Below, in pieces: positions 1 through 14,149 of a stretch of 64,000 nt of DNA; position 1 is the stretch's first letter, and every line of letters starts with the position of its first letter. Origin of the DNA: the human T2T-CHM13v2.0 reference genome, Homo sapiens. The position numbers and the translations under genes were made by a program. The notes below the pieces were generated by a model. The model was not told where the DNA came from. It saw only the letters and a program-made list of their open reading frames with translations, and made no database searches. Location: assembly GCF_009914755.1 (NCBI RefSeq), contig NC_060930.1. One strand, 5' to 3'.

Positions 1-1613
1 TGGCCTCCTTTAGCTTTTAAAAATTTCTCATGAATATTGTCATGACTACAGGTGCAAGCTTATTCCACTTTCTTTTGCCCATTAAATTCAGGTTAATTTT
101 TGAACTACTCATCACGGTCACCTCTAATCCTTTCTAGACTAAAGCAAGAATCTAAATAAATATATAGACAGATTAGACTGCTCTCTTACTGCAGGTGATT
201 AAACCTGAACAGATGATAGGTCCTGACATACAGCCTCCTAGGGCTGCACCATATAGAGTGGGCGGCCTGCACGCTGCTCGTCTTGGCCCCGCACAGATCT
301 GTCTTGGGAGCCAGGAGGTCTGAGCCTCCTGGGAATGAAAACCTTCCTATTCAGACAATCACAGGGACATTATTGAGTAGAACAGAAAGTTCACGTGAGC
401 TTTTCATATAAGAACAAGAGACCTCCTACAGACTGTGGTGCCCTGCAGGAGGCTTTGAGCTAAGCCACTTCACAACTCGGGGGCACCTGAGCAAAGAAGT
501 CAGGGACAGTTTCAGAGCATTCAGGTGATTTCAGTGGCCCACCTGGGAAAATCAAAGATGGGGCTTTTCTCTCATAAACAGGAAGCAAATGGGCAATGCT
601 GCCCACAGCCCACAGCTAGCAGAGCAGGTCCACATCTGCCCAACACGGAAAGTGAAAACAGACTGCAAAAGGAGCTTAACCTTCCCAGAAAACAATCCCA
701 CCTGTGGATCCTGAGTCAGACCTTGCCAGAAGCAAATGGGCACCTGCCAGGAATTTGAGAGGTGACCTGGACTTTCTGAAATTTTCCAGAGTCTAAAATG
801 GAGGGATGGTGTCTAGAAAGTTCTACAATATCCCAAACTGTGCCCTCTAGATAACAGGCACTCAATAAACATTTGGGGATGATGAGAAATCAGCCTGCCA
901 TAAGCAGAGAGCCAATCAAGAAACTTGGCTCACACAGCACCAGGAGCACCCAATATTCCGGGGCAGGACCCAGAGTCTCCCTCTTACCCCCAACCCAGGG
1001 TCCTCCTGAAGTGGTCCTCAGATACACTTTGAGAGACACTGATCCCGACATGTCACACACCCAGGGATGATGGAGCTGCGACTAGAACGTGGTCGGATAA
1101 TGCCCCACTCAGTGCTGCTTCTCTTGTGCCAGAGCATGACTGATTATTGATAGAGACCGGGTATTTCCCTCTAAGTGCCAACAACCATCTATAACAAAGC
1201 TCTGCAGTTGGATGTGATTCAGAGTAAGCAAGTCATCCTTAACGCAGTTCTAAACTAGACTCTATGACACATGTTCTTTGAAAGTGGCTGCCGGCCTGTT
1301 CTTACAAGAAAAATGAACTTGGGGGCTTCCACTGGCTTGGCTCAGTGTGCTCTTCATCATTCGCTTGACCCGTTCCAGCGGCAGCCTGCAGCTGAAATCA
1401 AGAAGCATTTTCTATCCAGCCAACAGCACAGGTCCCAGGGCGATGCCTGGACCTCTGCCTGGAGGCAGTGGCTCAAAAGGATTATTTCATTCCTTCTCAT
1501 CAACCCAGAAGTCTCACCTCATCCAAAAGCTCATGTTTGAACTAATGACAATTAAAATGCAAAAGTACTGTTTCCTAGTCCCTTTGCCCTGTTTTCCTCA
1601 TCCATAATTTTAA

Positions 1614-1947
<334 letters not shown>

Positions 1948-2285
1948 TGTATTATACAATGTTTTATATACTATTTCCAAACCCCTTTGAAATGAAGATG
2001 TAATCAATAATGCTCTCCACTGAACTCATCAGGTGATCTCGCATGGTGGAGGAGGCACACTGACCTTGATTTCAGTCCCAGAGCCCTTCCTGTACTATCT
2101 GTGTGACCTTCAACAAGTGACCTAAACTCTCTAAGCCCCATTTTCCTCTTCTACAAAACGGTACTAATACCTGCATTATAGGGTTGTTGGGACCTTAGAG
2201 GGACAAAAATATGCTGATATGAAAGTGCTTTGTGCAGGTGGTATTGTCACTAAGGCAGCCAGCAAAAAGACTCCATTTCCCCTTG

Positions 2286-2321
<36 letters not shown>

Positions 2322-2669
2322 GAGAGGGGGCTGAAGAGCATTTGGGGCATGATTTCTTGTAAGAAGTGATGATGGAATAGTGAGAAGAGAAGCCTAAAGA
2401 ACAGCCAGAATGGTAACTGATAGATAATGCCTGTGTTTGTTTATCAAAGGCAGGTGGACAGCAAGAAGAAAGGCACATGCAGAAAGGATCCAGAGATTTT
2501 GTCCTATCTTGCTGTGGTTTGAATGTTTGTGTGCCCTCCAAAATATATGAATTGGAAACTTAATCCCCAATGCAAAAGTGTTGGGAGGTGAGGTCTAACG
2601 GTAGGTGCCAGGGCCACAAGGGCTCTGCTCTGATGAGTGGGTTAATGCTGCTATCAAAAGAGCTTGCAG

Positions 2670-4387
2670 TGGTACTGGCATCAAAATAGACACATAGACC
2701 AATGGAACAGAATAGAGATCTCAGAAATAAGACCACACATTTCCAACCATCTAATCTTCGACAAACCTGACAAAAACAAGCAATGGGGAAAGGATTCCCT
2801 ATTTTATAAATGGTGCTGGGAAAACTGGCTAGCCATATGCAGAAAACTGAAACTGGACCCCTTCCTTACACCTTATACAAAAATTAACTCAAGATGGATT
2901 AAAGACTTAAATATAAAATCCAAAACCATAAAAACCCTAGAAGAAAATCTAAGCAATACCATTAAGGATATAGGCATGGGCAAAGATTTTATGATGAAAC
3001 TGCCAAAAGCAATTGCAACAAAAGCAAAAATTGACAAATGGGATCTAATTAAACTAAAGAGCTTCTACACAGCAAAAGAAACTATCATCAGAGCAAACAG
3101 ACAACCTACAGAATGGGAAAAAATTTTTGCAATCTACCCATCTGACAAAGGTTTAATATCCAGAACCTACAAGGAACTTAAATTTATAAGAAAAAAACAA
3201 CCCCATCAAAAAGTAGGCAAAGGACATAAACAGACACTTCTCAAAAGAGGACATTTATGCAGCCAACAAACATATGAAAAAAAGCTCAACATCACTGATC
3301 GTTAGAGAAATGCAAATCAAAACCACAATGAGATACCATCTCATGCCAGTCAGAATGGTGATTATTAAAAAGTCAAGAGGCTCATTACAGGCATGGTGGC
3401 TCACGCCTGTAATCCCAGCACTTTGGGAGGCTGAGGTGGGCAGATCACCTGAAGTCAGGAGTTCAAGATCAGCCTGGCCAACATGGTGAAACCCCATCTC
3501 TACTAAAAATATAAAAATTAACTGGGCATGGTGTTGTGTGCCTGTAATCCCAGCTACTGGGGAGGCTGAGGCAGGAGAATCACTTGAACTCAGGAGGCGG
3601 AGGTTACAGTGAGCCGAGATCGCGCCACTGCACTCCGGCTTGGGAGACAATGTGAGACTTCATCTCAAAAAATAAAAATAAAAAGTCAAGAAATAACAGA
3701 TGCCGGCAAGGCTGTGGAGAAATAGGAACACTTTTACACTGTTGATGGGAATGTAAATTAGCTCAACCATTGTGGAAGACACTGTGGTGATTCCTCAAGA
3801 ATCTAGAGCCAGAAATACCATTTGGCCCAGCAATCCCATTACTAGGTATATACCCAAAGGAATATAAATCATTGTTATAAAGATACATGCATGCATATGT
3901 TTACTGCAACACTATTCACAATAGCAAAGACACGGAATCAACCCAAATCCCCATCAATGATAGACTGGATAAAGAAAATGTGGTACATATACACCATGGA
4001 ATACTATGCAGCCATAAAAAGGATCAAGATCATGTCCTTTGCAGAAACATGGATGGAGCTGGAAGCCATCATTCTCAGCAAACTTCTGTTCCTGTGAACA
4101 GAAAAGCAAACACTACATGTTCTAACTTATAAGTGGGAGCTGAATAATGAGAACACATGGACACAGGGAGGGGAACAACACACACCGGGGCCTGTTGGGG
4201 GTGTGGGGAGAGGGAGTGTATCAGGATAAATATCTAATGCATGCAAGATAAATATCTAATGCATATTAATACCTAGGTGACGGGTTGATAGGTACAGCAA
4301 ACCACCATGGCACACATTCACCTATGTAACAAATCTGCATGTCCTGCATACGTATTCCAGAACTTAAAATAAAATAACATTTTTTTA
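2670..4387 (+). mobile_element. 5'-truncated L1PA (ORF2 C-terminal remnant + 3' UTR), itself interrupted by an Alu
   Basis: ORF 2664-3305 ([16 protein letters not shown]...[21 protein letters not shown]) is L1 ORF2p; TSD AAAAGAGCTTGCAG (2656-2669) / AAAAGGGTTTGCAG (4388-4401). Confidence 0.95.
3379..3680 (+). mobile_element. AluS inside L1PA
   Basis: Alu consensus; TSD AAAAAGTCAAGA on both sides. Confidence 0.93.
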
Positions 4388-6203
4388 AAAAGGGTTTGCA
4401 GGAGTAAGTCTACTCTCTTCTGCCCTTCCACCATGTGAGGACACAGAGTTTGCCAATTTTTGCCCTATTCTGCCAGGTGAGGACACCTCAAGAAGGCCCT
4501 CAGCAGACACCAGATGCTGGCACCTTGGTCCTGGACTCCAGTCTTCCAGAACTGTGAAAAATACATTTCTGTTTGCTATCAATTATCTGGCCTGTGCTCT
4601 TCTGTTACAGCAGCACAAGACTGTCTAAGATGTATCTTTGTCTATTGGCATGGGTTATGAGTGTGTGTACTGTCTACTTTTAACCTTCCACACTGACTCC
4701 CTAGAAGCCCAGAATCCACCTCACCATGTTTGCAGTCTCCTTCACAGCCCTTGGTGGGGTATCTTGTGCATGGTGGGTCCTCAGTAAGTGTGCTGCTCTC
4801 TTGATCAGGAGCAGCCCTCGGCCCTCTTTGTAGTGTCATTGAGCCAGAGCTGCTAGGGAGAAGGAGGGACACTGAGTTTGAAGGGGAAGGGAGGCATCCA
4901 GCCTTTACAGGCCCAGCCCCACACAGACCCTTGCTCCAATGCCATCTGAAACATGCTGGGGCTCCCAAGTCAACTACCACAGCTGGGATTCCTCCAGTGC
5001 AGACTTGTCACCATCACCATGGCCTCAGTTGGCTGAGCCCAAGCTGCCGGCCCCCGCTTGTTTTTACATCCACTGTCAGCTCATACCTTCCACCCTCCGC
5101 AGCAGGGTGGCACCACTCTGCCCCCACATTGCCCGGTCACCTCTGTGGCTGTCTGCTGTCAGCTGCATCTGTGAGTGGTGTGCTGGTGTTTTTCCCTTAA
5201 GCTGGTGTGTACCAGGGTTCACTCTCTCCCTCACATGAACTCCTTGCCTCTGACTTCAGAGAGAAAGGAGGCTCTTTCTCCATCATCCCACCTCACCCCA
5301 GGCTCAGCTCTTTCCAGAAAACACACGAGCCAGGCTCAGCCTCTACCAAGAGAGCTGGATTGTGGAGGACCAGGGTTCCCACCTCTCAGAGTGATGGGCA
5401 CCAAGAACGCCACTTGCACCCTGTGTACCAAGCATGGTGCAATGAGTCACCAATGCCCTGGGGCAGAGCAGGCCACCTCCAGCTGGTCAGGCCTCAAGTT
5501 GAGAGGCAGCAGAGTAGCGCAACAGCACAAATGCTGGGAGTCAAGCTCTGACACCACCAGCTCCTAGTTGTGTAACGCTGGGCAAGGTCCTTAACCTCTC
5601 GGTTTCTCCATGTGCAAGTGAAGAGTCACTTCCTCAGACTGTAGTGGTAAGAATTAAGTGAGATGCTTGGCACATGGCAAATACCATGGGGTTTGCATTT
5701 ATGTCGCGGGTGAGGAAGGATCTGATATAGTGTGTCTTCAAAAGTATTGCACTATTTTTTAAAATGCCCCTCATTATCTCTATACAGAGAGAATAAGAAG
5801 CAAACAAGGACCTCGCAACCTTGGACCGCTTCATTCTAATCAGGGAATGGATATTTTTGTTCCCAATTTGTGAATGTCATAAATTAGGGTTCTTCCTAGG
5901 ATTTCTGCCCCTATTTGTACCCCACCCATCAGAGCCACAAGGAATTGTCAGAACGTCTCAGATCACTTCTGGGCTCAGCACAAATCAATGGGCTGTGTGA
6001 GCCTCACACCCAATTCATCTTCAGTCCGGTCAACTGTGAGCACCTGGGAGAAGGAAGTGCTTTCTGAGAAGTCAAATAAGCCAAGTGATACAGTCTGCCA
6101 AACCCACCTCCTCTGTCAAGGTTGACTATCATTACTTTTCTTCTTGCTGACAGTGAGGAGGAAATCACCCCTCCCCCATCATTTCCTGGGCCCCTTAATG
6201 TTC

Positions 6204-7527
6204 CCAGCAGGGTCCTGAGGTCAGTGAAATCATAGGTCTTTTCTAGTTCCAGCTGCTGGAATTTAAACAAATCCTATCCGCCAAACCTCCAACAGAATTA
6301 CTGGCTTTACAAACAACACACAACAAAAACAAACTAAACCCAACCCGATGGTTAACCTATGCACCAAACTGCCACTGTCATCTCCGTTCGTAACATTCTG
6401 CCTCTCGGCTGAGAGAGTTCTTATCCTTGAGAAGAAAGCAACAGCGAGATAAAAGTGAAGCATCTCCTGTTCAGGTTGCAAATGCCATCCCAGAGCTCAG
6501 CAAGTCAGCGAAGATGGGCTGCTAAGATTTCACGAGGCAGAGAGCAGCTCTCTTTTCAAACTGTCAAGAAATACAGGTGAGCAATTAAGCAACTGAAAGG
6601 GAAGAAGGACCCAGCTTCTTAAAGAGCATTTAAAAATGCAAAGCACATTATCTGTGACACCGCCCAGGGTACTTAATTAACTCCATGCCCAGCTGAAAGC
6701 CCAAAGCCTGGCTTTCCAGACCACCGGAATGCAGAAGGGTGGGGCTGGCAGCCCCTGGGGAGATGACTGAGTCTGGCCTCCCAGTTTACAGATGCTGCAC
6801 TTGGAAAAAGGGGTCTCACTGCCAATTAGCGAGTTAGGGGCAGGCACAGGGCAGCAACCCAGATCTGTGCTGTCCATCACAGGAGCCACAAATTAATTAA
6901 AATGAAAGACAATTTAAAATCCAGCTCCTCATTCACACTGGCCTCAGTTCATATGCTCAGTAGCCATACGGGGCCAGTGGCTACCATGTTGGACAGCGCA
7001 AAACAGAATATTTTCATGGTCTTGGAAACGTCTATGGACAGGACTGCTCCAGATCACAAGCTCTTTCCACGTCACCGGGGTGTGGGTCTTTTCTTTAACC
7101 CACAGTTATCCGTCCATTAAGCATGGTGAAATCAGTTCAGTGGGTCACAGCCAGCTTTTCCTCTTCTTGTTAATGAAATGAAAGAAAGAAAATACGATAG
7201 CATTTCACGTGCCAGTGAAACAAGGGTAAGCATCATGTCATAAACCTTATGTTTATTTTTATTTATATTCATACATACATACGTAGGTTATCTGTAAATT
7301 TTTTAACACTGATACAGTATATATATGCTATATAGGTACACTATATACACTAATTATGATCCAGTACATAAATACAAAGATAAATATATATCTATCCAGC
7401 AGGGTCTTGAGGTCAGTGAAATCATGGGTCTTTTCTAGTTCCATCTGCTGGAATTTAAACAAATCCTACCTGCCAAACCTCAAACTTAATCACTGGCTTT
7501 ACAAACAACATACAACAAAAAACAAAC
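6204..7527 (+). repeat. Dispersed direct duplication of about 130 bp (6204-6334 and 7396-7527)
   Basis: CCAGCAGGGTC(C/T)TGAGGTCAGTGAAATCAT...CAACAAAAACAAAC present twice, roughly 11 differences. Confidence 0.92.
6880..7050. mobile_element. MER3-like hAT-Charlie MITE
   Basis: GCTCAGTAGCCA...GTGGCTACCATGTTGGACAGCGCA motif. Confidence 0.65.
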
Positions 7528-8058
7528 CATATATACGTATATACCGGATCATAATATAAAATTTGTTCTCCCTGTAAGTCAGGGTCAGAAAAAGTTACTC
7601 TGCTGGCCTGCAGATGTTTGGGTGATTTACCCCCACTCATTTTCCCCTTTCCCAAATGACTCAGATCACGAGAGAGTGAGGCAAAGTGTCTGCTCCACAG
7701 TGCCACACATGGGTTTTCCTGCAGACCTGATTTTCCATGCACTCTTCCCTGTAAACCCATTTCCTCTGGACACACAGCCAGGCAAGTGGAAGGCTCCAGA
7801 CGTTCATCTGGGTTCCAGTGCCCCCAGCACAAGTAAGGGCAGAAGGCAGTGGGCAGGGAGACCACAGCTGAGCCAGCATCCATGCTACGGGTTGTGAAGT
7901 CCTGCCCTTCTATCCTTACCACAGAACGAAGACTTGTTAGAATGTCAACAGTGTCCAGAAATCATTCTTGCTCCCTAGGACCACAAGCTCCTCCCTGTCC
8001 AGCTATAGTTCTATAGTTCTTAGAGGTCAGAAGAAACTGAAATACTCTTTCCCTCATT

Positions 8059-8390
8059 GTGATGGTTAATTTCAATATATCAACTTGGCTAAGCCACAAC
8101 AGCCAGATATTGGGTGACACACTTTTCCGGATGCTCCTGTGAAAGTATTTTTTAAATGAGATTAACATTTATATCAGTAGATACTAAGTAAAGCAGACAC
8201 CCTGTATAATGTGCTGGGCCTCATCCAATCAGTTGAAGGCTTTACAAGAAACAAACCGATTTCTTCTGAAGAGGAGGAATTCCGCCAGCAGATTGCTTTG
8301 GACTTGAACTGCAACATTAACTTTTCTTTAGGTCTCTAGCCCACTGGCCAGGTCTACCCTGCAGGGCTTCCCTGCACCCTCTCTTCCTCT

Positions 8391-8426
<36 letters not shown>

Positions 8427-8475
8427 CCTTTTGGTTCTGTTTCTCTGAAGAAACAGAAGTTTCCTTGACTACTAC
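8059..8475 (+). mobile_element. MLT2 (ERVL) LTR with (GT)15 microsatellite at 8395-8424
   Basis: TGTGATGGTTAATTT start; GGCCTCATCCAATCAGTTGAAGGC; GGTTCTGTTTCTCTG end. Confidence 0.85.
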
Positions 8476-8651
8476 CTTCCTCGTCATTCAAGGCTCTCTG
8501 AAATGCTACCTCCTCTGTGCAGCCACACCTGATTTCCTCTGCCAAATATAATTGCTTCTTCTTCTGTGCTCATTCTCATAGTATATTTCTTGTGCCACAT
8601 TTTTGTAAACAATTACTAAGCTTTGTACTATCATTAATTGATCATCTAAAG

Positions 8652-8859
8652 CAGGGGTGTCCAATCTTTTGGCTTCCCTGGGCCACATTGGAAGAATTGT
8701 CTTGGGCCACATATAAAATACAACAATAGCTGATGAGCTAAAAAAAAAAATGCAAAAAATTTTCATAATGTTTTAAGAAAGTTTATGAATGTGTGTTGGG
8801 CTGCATTCAGAGCTATCCTGGGCCACATGCATCCCACGGGCAGGGGTTGGACAAGCTTG
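8652..8859. mobile_element. MER30 hAT MITE
   Basis: CAGGGGTGTCCAATCTTTTGGCTTCCCTGGGCCAC...TTGGACAAGCTTG; perfect 8-bp TSD ATCTAAAG (8644-8651 / 8860-8867). Confidence 0.9.
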
Positions 8860-8884
8860 ATCTAAAGCTTAGATTCTAAATCTT

Positions 8885-9210
8885 GTTGCTCAAAGCTTGG
8901 TCCGTGAACCAGCAGCATCAGCATGCCCTGGAAGCTTGCTAGACATGCAGAATCTCAGGCTCCACCCCAGACCTACAGAATCAGAATCTGCATTTTAACA
9001 GATGCCTAGGTGATTCACATGCACATTAAAATTTAAGCAGCACTGCTGTAAACAAGTGCTTCTTAACATTGAGGAGCTTTAAAAAATATGTATACCTAGT
9101 TCCTACCCTCAGAGACGCTGATGTAACCGGTCTGGGGTGCGGCCTGGGCTTCAGGATGTTTGACACCCTCCCAGGTGTTCCTAACTCATAGCCAAGCCTG
9201 AGAACCACCG
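8885..9210. mobile_element. Two adjacent MER5-family elements
   Basis: CAGCAGCATCAGCAT...AGAATCAGAATCTGCATTTTAACA; second copy ends TGAGAACCAC. Confidence 0.75.
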
Positions 9211-12200
9211 TAACAAACCCCTTGTCTTAGAAGGAGAATTGAGCCCAGTGAAGCTGAGGGACCCCTGTTAAGGTCATAAAGTGAGTTAGTATCAGGAATG
9301 AGAATCCTACCAAGGTTTCCTGTCTCCCTAAAAATGTTTTAAGGAAAGAGGAAAAAGATCCATGTGCACTATCAGCACATTTATAATGAAACCTGGGTCA
9401 TCCAACACCCAGCTGACACAGGAAACTGTCATCATACCAAATATCTCCTCTGTAGGGAGGAACCAGCAGGATTCTCTAGAAATAAAAGAAATGACTCAGC
9501 CTAGGTTGGATCTTAGGAACACTTCTCATTTAAAATGACTGTCAAACACCAAATTTGACAAATTTACATCAAGAGTAAAGTTACTGCTAGGGCAGATGGG
9601 TGCCACCTCTGATCTCGGAGGACCCAAAAATGTCCCATGTGGATACAGGCAAGTCTCCACTGGCTCCTTCATTCTCTGCTAATCCTGGGATGCTTTGGTT
9701 ATGTCACTTCTTTGGAAGGTACAAGATGATGGTATAGTGCCTTCTCTTTATTGCCATATGGCATGGAGTTTTGATCTGAGTTAGAAGATAATAGACAGAA
9801 AAGATGAGAGAAGTAAAGTAAACAGATTTCTTTTCCTTTCAAGACCCTCTCTGGGTTTTACATTTATACTGGCCTGGTGAGGTCCACTAATTCTTCCATC
9901 AGGGTTATGACCAGTAACAACAGGCTTTCCACCCACACAGATTACTAATGTCACATCCTCTACCTTTGAAGAAGGGTGACTACATGCCGAGGGAGCCTGT
10001 CAGTGGCAGGCACCCACATAAAAAGTGGCTGTACCCGCCAGTGACTCAAGTGTGACAGGGTGACATTCTCAATCACCTCCCTCCCTGTGGCCTCCTGTGA
10101 ACTGTCCATGATACAATTTCTGACCTGCAGTTGCTTGGGATGGATAATATCCCCTTGATCTGCTGCTGATGGCACAGTACTTCTTCTTTGGCAAAACTAC
10201 ATCTTTCCTTGGTGCAGTGGACCAGAACCTGCTTCACGAGGCATCTGCAGAAGGAGCTAACCCCAAACGCCCACTGTGCTGATAAATTTATGCTAGAAAA
10301 TTATATCCAACCCCACTGCTTTGCTAGCTTGACAGTTGGTATTAGCAGTTATTCATGCAGATGTGTTCTCAGCAGTGCCATTAAAGAGGGGAAAAAAACA
10401 AGGCATGACACATTGGGCAGATGTGCACACACACCCATGGGCACACACATACACATATGCACACATACACACACGTATACATACACACACACTACTGGCA
10501 AGCAGCCGTCCCACTAACCAACAATGAGCCATGCTACTTTGCCCTGGAATACATCTCCTCCCTTACAGATAAAAGAAAGAATGCTTTCTGGTATAAAGGA
10601 CAGCTGTGTATATTTGTGTAACTGATTTCAAAAAAAAAAAAGAAGCAATAGCAGAAGCCAAGTGAACCAACCATATGACAGCAGTCATAATAAAACAGCA
10701 CATAAAAATATTTACCAAATTAAATAATTTGGCTAAGTCAATACCAAGCTTTTAAAGTGAGTTATTAGAATAAACATAAAAGGTGGGAGCTAAAAGGAAC
10801 TCTTAAAAATTGACTCTGGTGCCTGTGTTATATAGGTAACGAAATGAAAGTCTAGCAGGGTGAAGTCACTTGCCCAAGGTCACACCGCTAATTAGTATGG
10901 TGTCAGGACAAGAACCGCCTGTCCAGCTCTCTGGCCAACACCCTTTTGGCTGCACACCACCACACACACAGCCCATAAAGAGATTCAAGCAGATGGTGAT
11001 GAATTTTCTCAGGCCCAGGGTTCTAAAACTGCTAACCATTTATACCAACACAGGTTTGACTGAAAAGAAACCTGCCTGCAAAGAAAAGGGGAAATAAAAA
11101 ATGGAAATGTTGCAATTGTACATTTTCTTTGGAAGGCTGAATGGCGCATTTTCTTTGGAAGGCTGAATGAAGCCAACAAGAGCTTCACTTCCCACCCTGG
11201 GGCAAATGCAGGAGGCAGAGAAAAATGATAGGACCGTTCCATTCGTTTCTGACCTGTTTGGGTTTTGGGCACACAAGGTTAGAAATACAAATAAATTACC
11301 CTGCAGCCAAGAGTCTATGGTTTCTCCCCAAATTCAGAGTCATGCCCAATTACTCTCCTAAACAACGGGAGAGTCCCTAGACCTTTATTGAACCACTTCC
11401 ACTTCCTAGAAGACTGCCTTTTTCCTTTGGCCAAGGCTAAACTCATTTTTGCCCTATGAAAAACAAGTACCTGCAGCTGGGAACAGCCAGTCCAGAGCCA
11501 AAGGATCACAGAATATAAGAACTGGAGAGTCACCCCAACCAAACCATTTTTTCCCATCTTATTGTCTCTTTCTTTTGAAAAATATATTTTTTCATTATGA
11601 TATTTTTTTAAAACAAGAAATTTAGAGAAGAAAAAAATTTATAATCCCATTATTTGATAACAAACATCATTAGGATTTGGGCTCCTTACCAGACTTTAAT
11701 TTTCTAGGTGTGTGTGCGTGTGTGTGATTTTAAACAAGGCTATCATCATAATATACAAATGCTTCTGTGTCCTTTTTCTTTACCTAAAATATAGGAAATT
11801 ATCATAAGAAAATTTCCTATATTGCTAGTCTTCCTACACATAATTCTAATGGCTATTTAGTATTTTATCAATTATATTTATCATATTTACCTAACTGTTC
11901 TCCTACTGTGGAACATTTATGTTGTTTCCAGTGTTTCAGTAATCACAAATAAGGCTTCACTGAACACTATTGTGCATGTAGGTGTTTTCATTGTTGTTAT
12001 TTTAGGTTATTTCCTTCAGAAACTTCCAAGAAGTCAACCGCCTCGTTTTCTTCATTGTTGGAAAAGCACAGTTCCCCAGTGATTAAACAACCTCATAAGG
12101 TAATAGGCACAACTCTGCAGAGACCTCGGTTTGGTCCTGACTTAGCTGTCAGTGATCAGCTGTGACAACCTGGATAAGCCACTCAGTTCCTCTGAGACTT

Positions 12201-12817
12201 GGTTTCCCCTGGGTGTTAGGAGAGAGGGAGCTTCCAGCCTGTCCTGGGTGTTCTGATTACCAGCAGTGTTCTCTTTCCACTATTCCCCACAGCCTCCCAT
12301 CTGAGATATCAAGGCCCCCCTGACCAATCCCCCTTCCAGTTCTCTGCTTTTCACATCAGCTGCTTGGGAAAATGACTTAATCAAAGCCCATTATGGAACC
12401 AAATGTGTTTAAGCATATGGGAGCCAGGCAGATCAAGCCTATGGTGTGCAAAAGCCAGCAGCAGGATCAGCTCTTTCCTCCCCTATGGAGCCCTTGCTAC
12501 TGCTGTCTGAATCCAGGTCATTCGTGGAATTCAACAGACCTTGCTTCTTCTCTGCAAGTGCTGGCCACAGGGCATTGTGACAATAATAAACACACATGGG
12601 CCTGCTCTTGGGGACTTCCCAGAACTCAGTTATGTAGGAGAGGGAGTTGGCCTGTGTCTCCTATTATGGCCCTCCAGAACAGTAAAGAGGCCACTGGTCA
12701 CATCCCCTAAAGAATCCCTGTTGGTAACAGCACCACACTCAGCCTGGAGCACACCAGAACAGATGGAGGAATACATCACACTCGCCTTTTATATCTTATC
12801 CATACAAGAGTTTGCCA

Positions 12818-12823
12818 TTTATT
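12818..12823 (-). terminator. Candidate polyadenylation signal AATAAA for the alternative terminal exon
   Basis: TTTATT on + strand; GT-rich sequence follows downstream on the minus strand (GAGTGTGATGTATT). Confidence 0.45.
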
Positions 12824-13388
12824 TTAGCCTCTTCAAAAATAAGTTATAATCAACAGAGAAGTGAAGATCATGAAATAACATTTTCTCAATTTTTTAACAT
12901 CCTGTGGGATACATGCAGTCCCCAGGCTATTGTCTCCTCAGTTATGGAATTAGATGATGCAAGTTCCAGTTCAGTCACCATTTCCCCGTTTCTATACTTT
13001 GTCAATAAAAATGATATGGCCTTTGTTCATACAGACCATTGATACTGCAGCACATTATACTGGAAAACACATAAGCTTTGGAGTCAAGCAAACTTAAGTT
13101 GAATTCTGATTCCACTTGTTCTTAGCCATGTACACTTGCCAAAATACCATATTTCACATAATCTAAGACACTACTGCAAAGACCTACAGTTATCTTACTA
13201 CCAAGAAAGAAAAGCCCTTTTAGACATATCTATATTTCAGATGTTCAAATGTGAAAATAATACATGTCACAGAATCAATGACACATGATATTTAACCTCT
13301 CTACAGTGAAATTTCTCACTTGTAAGATGGAGATGCTAAATGTCCACATTGGAGGTTGGCCATGAGACGTAAATGAGTAACACTCGTA

Positions 13389-13799
13389 CTATGTCTCACT
13401 CCAAATCTGGCACATGGTAAGTACTCCATAGAATGCTAGTTTCTCTTCTCTTTCCAAAAGTGATGAGTAGGTTCTGGATAGATGATGAGTTCTCTCAGAG
13501 CACATGCCATATCTTATATGCCTTTGACCTTTTCTAACTCCCCATGACTGAGAATATTTCCTTACACATTGTAGCCACTCAGTAAATGGGTGAGGAATAC
13601 AGATGTTGAATTCGTTTGAAAAACCGATAAATACTGCAGTTGGAAAATCCTGTTGGTGAATGTAGCCAGTGATGTCCCACTGGCTTCCCCAGCACCTGCG
13701 CGCGATGAACGCATCTATCTGTAATCTTGACTGGGTCTGGGGACTGGAAAGAAGGGCAATTGCCGGCTCATGAAGCACATCCCTCCTGGAATCCCCCAT
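13389..13799 (-). other. 136-aa ATG ORF in the 3' part of the candidate alternative terminal exon (possibly the former C6orf114 ORF; coding status doubtful)
   Basis: ORF track; lies between the acceptor at 14149 and the polyA signal at 12818; its C-terminal end runs into MIR-like sequence; no recognisable domain. Confidence 0.3.
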
Positions 13800-13955
13800 G
13801 CCAGCAGGCTGTGGCTGGAGGCCCGCTGCATTCAGGCAAGAATGTGCAGCTAAATCTCAGTTCCACAGACAAATGCAGCATTGTGGTCCCCGTGGGCCTC
13901 CAGGGAAAGCCAGGCTGCCTCTGTGCCCTGGATGTGAACGGCTGTGCATATTAAG

Positions 13956-14149
13956 TTAGACAGGCTGCATCCCTAAGGGCTTGAAACCTGTCCCCTGGGA
14001 CTCTCCAAGAGCAGCATCGTGGGGGGTAAACAAATGTCCCATGTGGGGGTGCTGGAGGGAGCAGAAGCTCAGCTGAACAGAACCACGTGGCATTTTTTTT
14101 TCCCCAGTATTTTTCTGTCTGCTGATTTTCTTCCTCTGATGTCCTGGTT
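13956..14149 (-). CDS. GFOD1: Candidate alternative terminal coding exon of GFOD1 (64 new C-terminal residues, about 148-aa short isoform)
   Basis: Strong acceptor on minus strand TTCCTCTTCTCTGTCTCTTCTCCCTTTCCAACAG|AACCAGG; a phase-1 join to exon 1 reads EPGHQRKKISRQ...GFKPLGMQPV-stop; minus-strand AATAAA at 12818-12823. Consistent with my unverified recollection of a short GFOD1 isoform / former C6orf114 exon. Confidence 0.6.

Larger units (their letters stand above)
2508..4625 (+). mobile_element. MST-family (ERVL-MaLR) LTR interrupted by an L1PA
   Basis: TGCTGTGGTTTGAATGT...AATCCCCAATGC start; LTR resumes after 4400 (CCATGTGAGGACACAG...CAGCAGCACAAG). Confidence 0.8.

Noticed and set aside
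2289-2319. Isolated poly-A tract of about 30 nt
   Set aside because: No attached Alu/L1 body or TSD; treated as a simple repeat.
2664-3305. 213-aa ORF with strong protein-like sequence
   Set aside because: It is L1 ORF2p remnant inside a 5'-truncated, frameshifted, Alu-interrupted L1PA; not a host gene.
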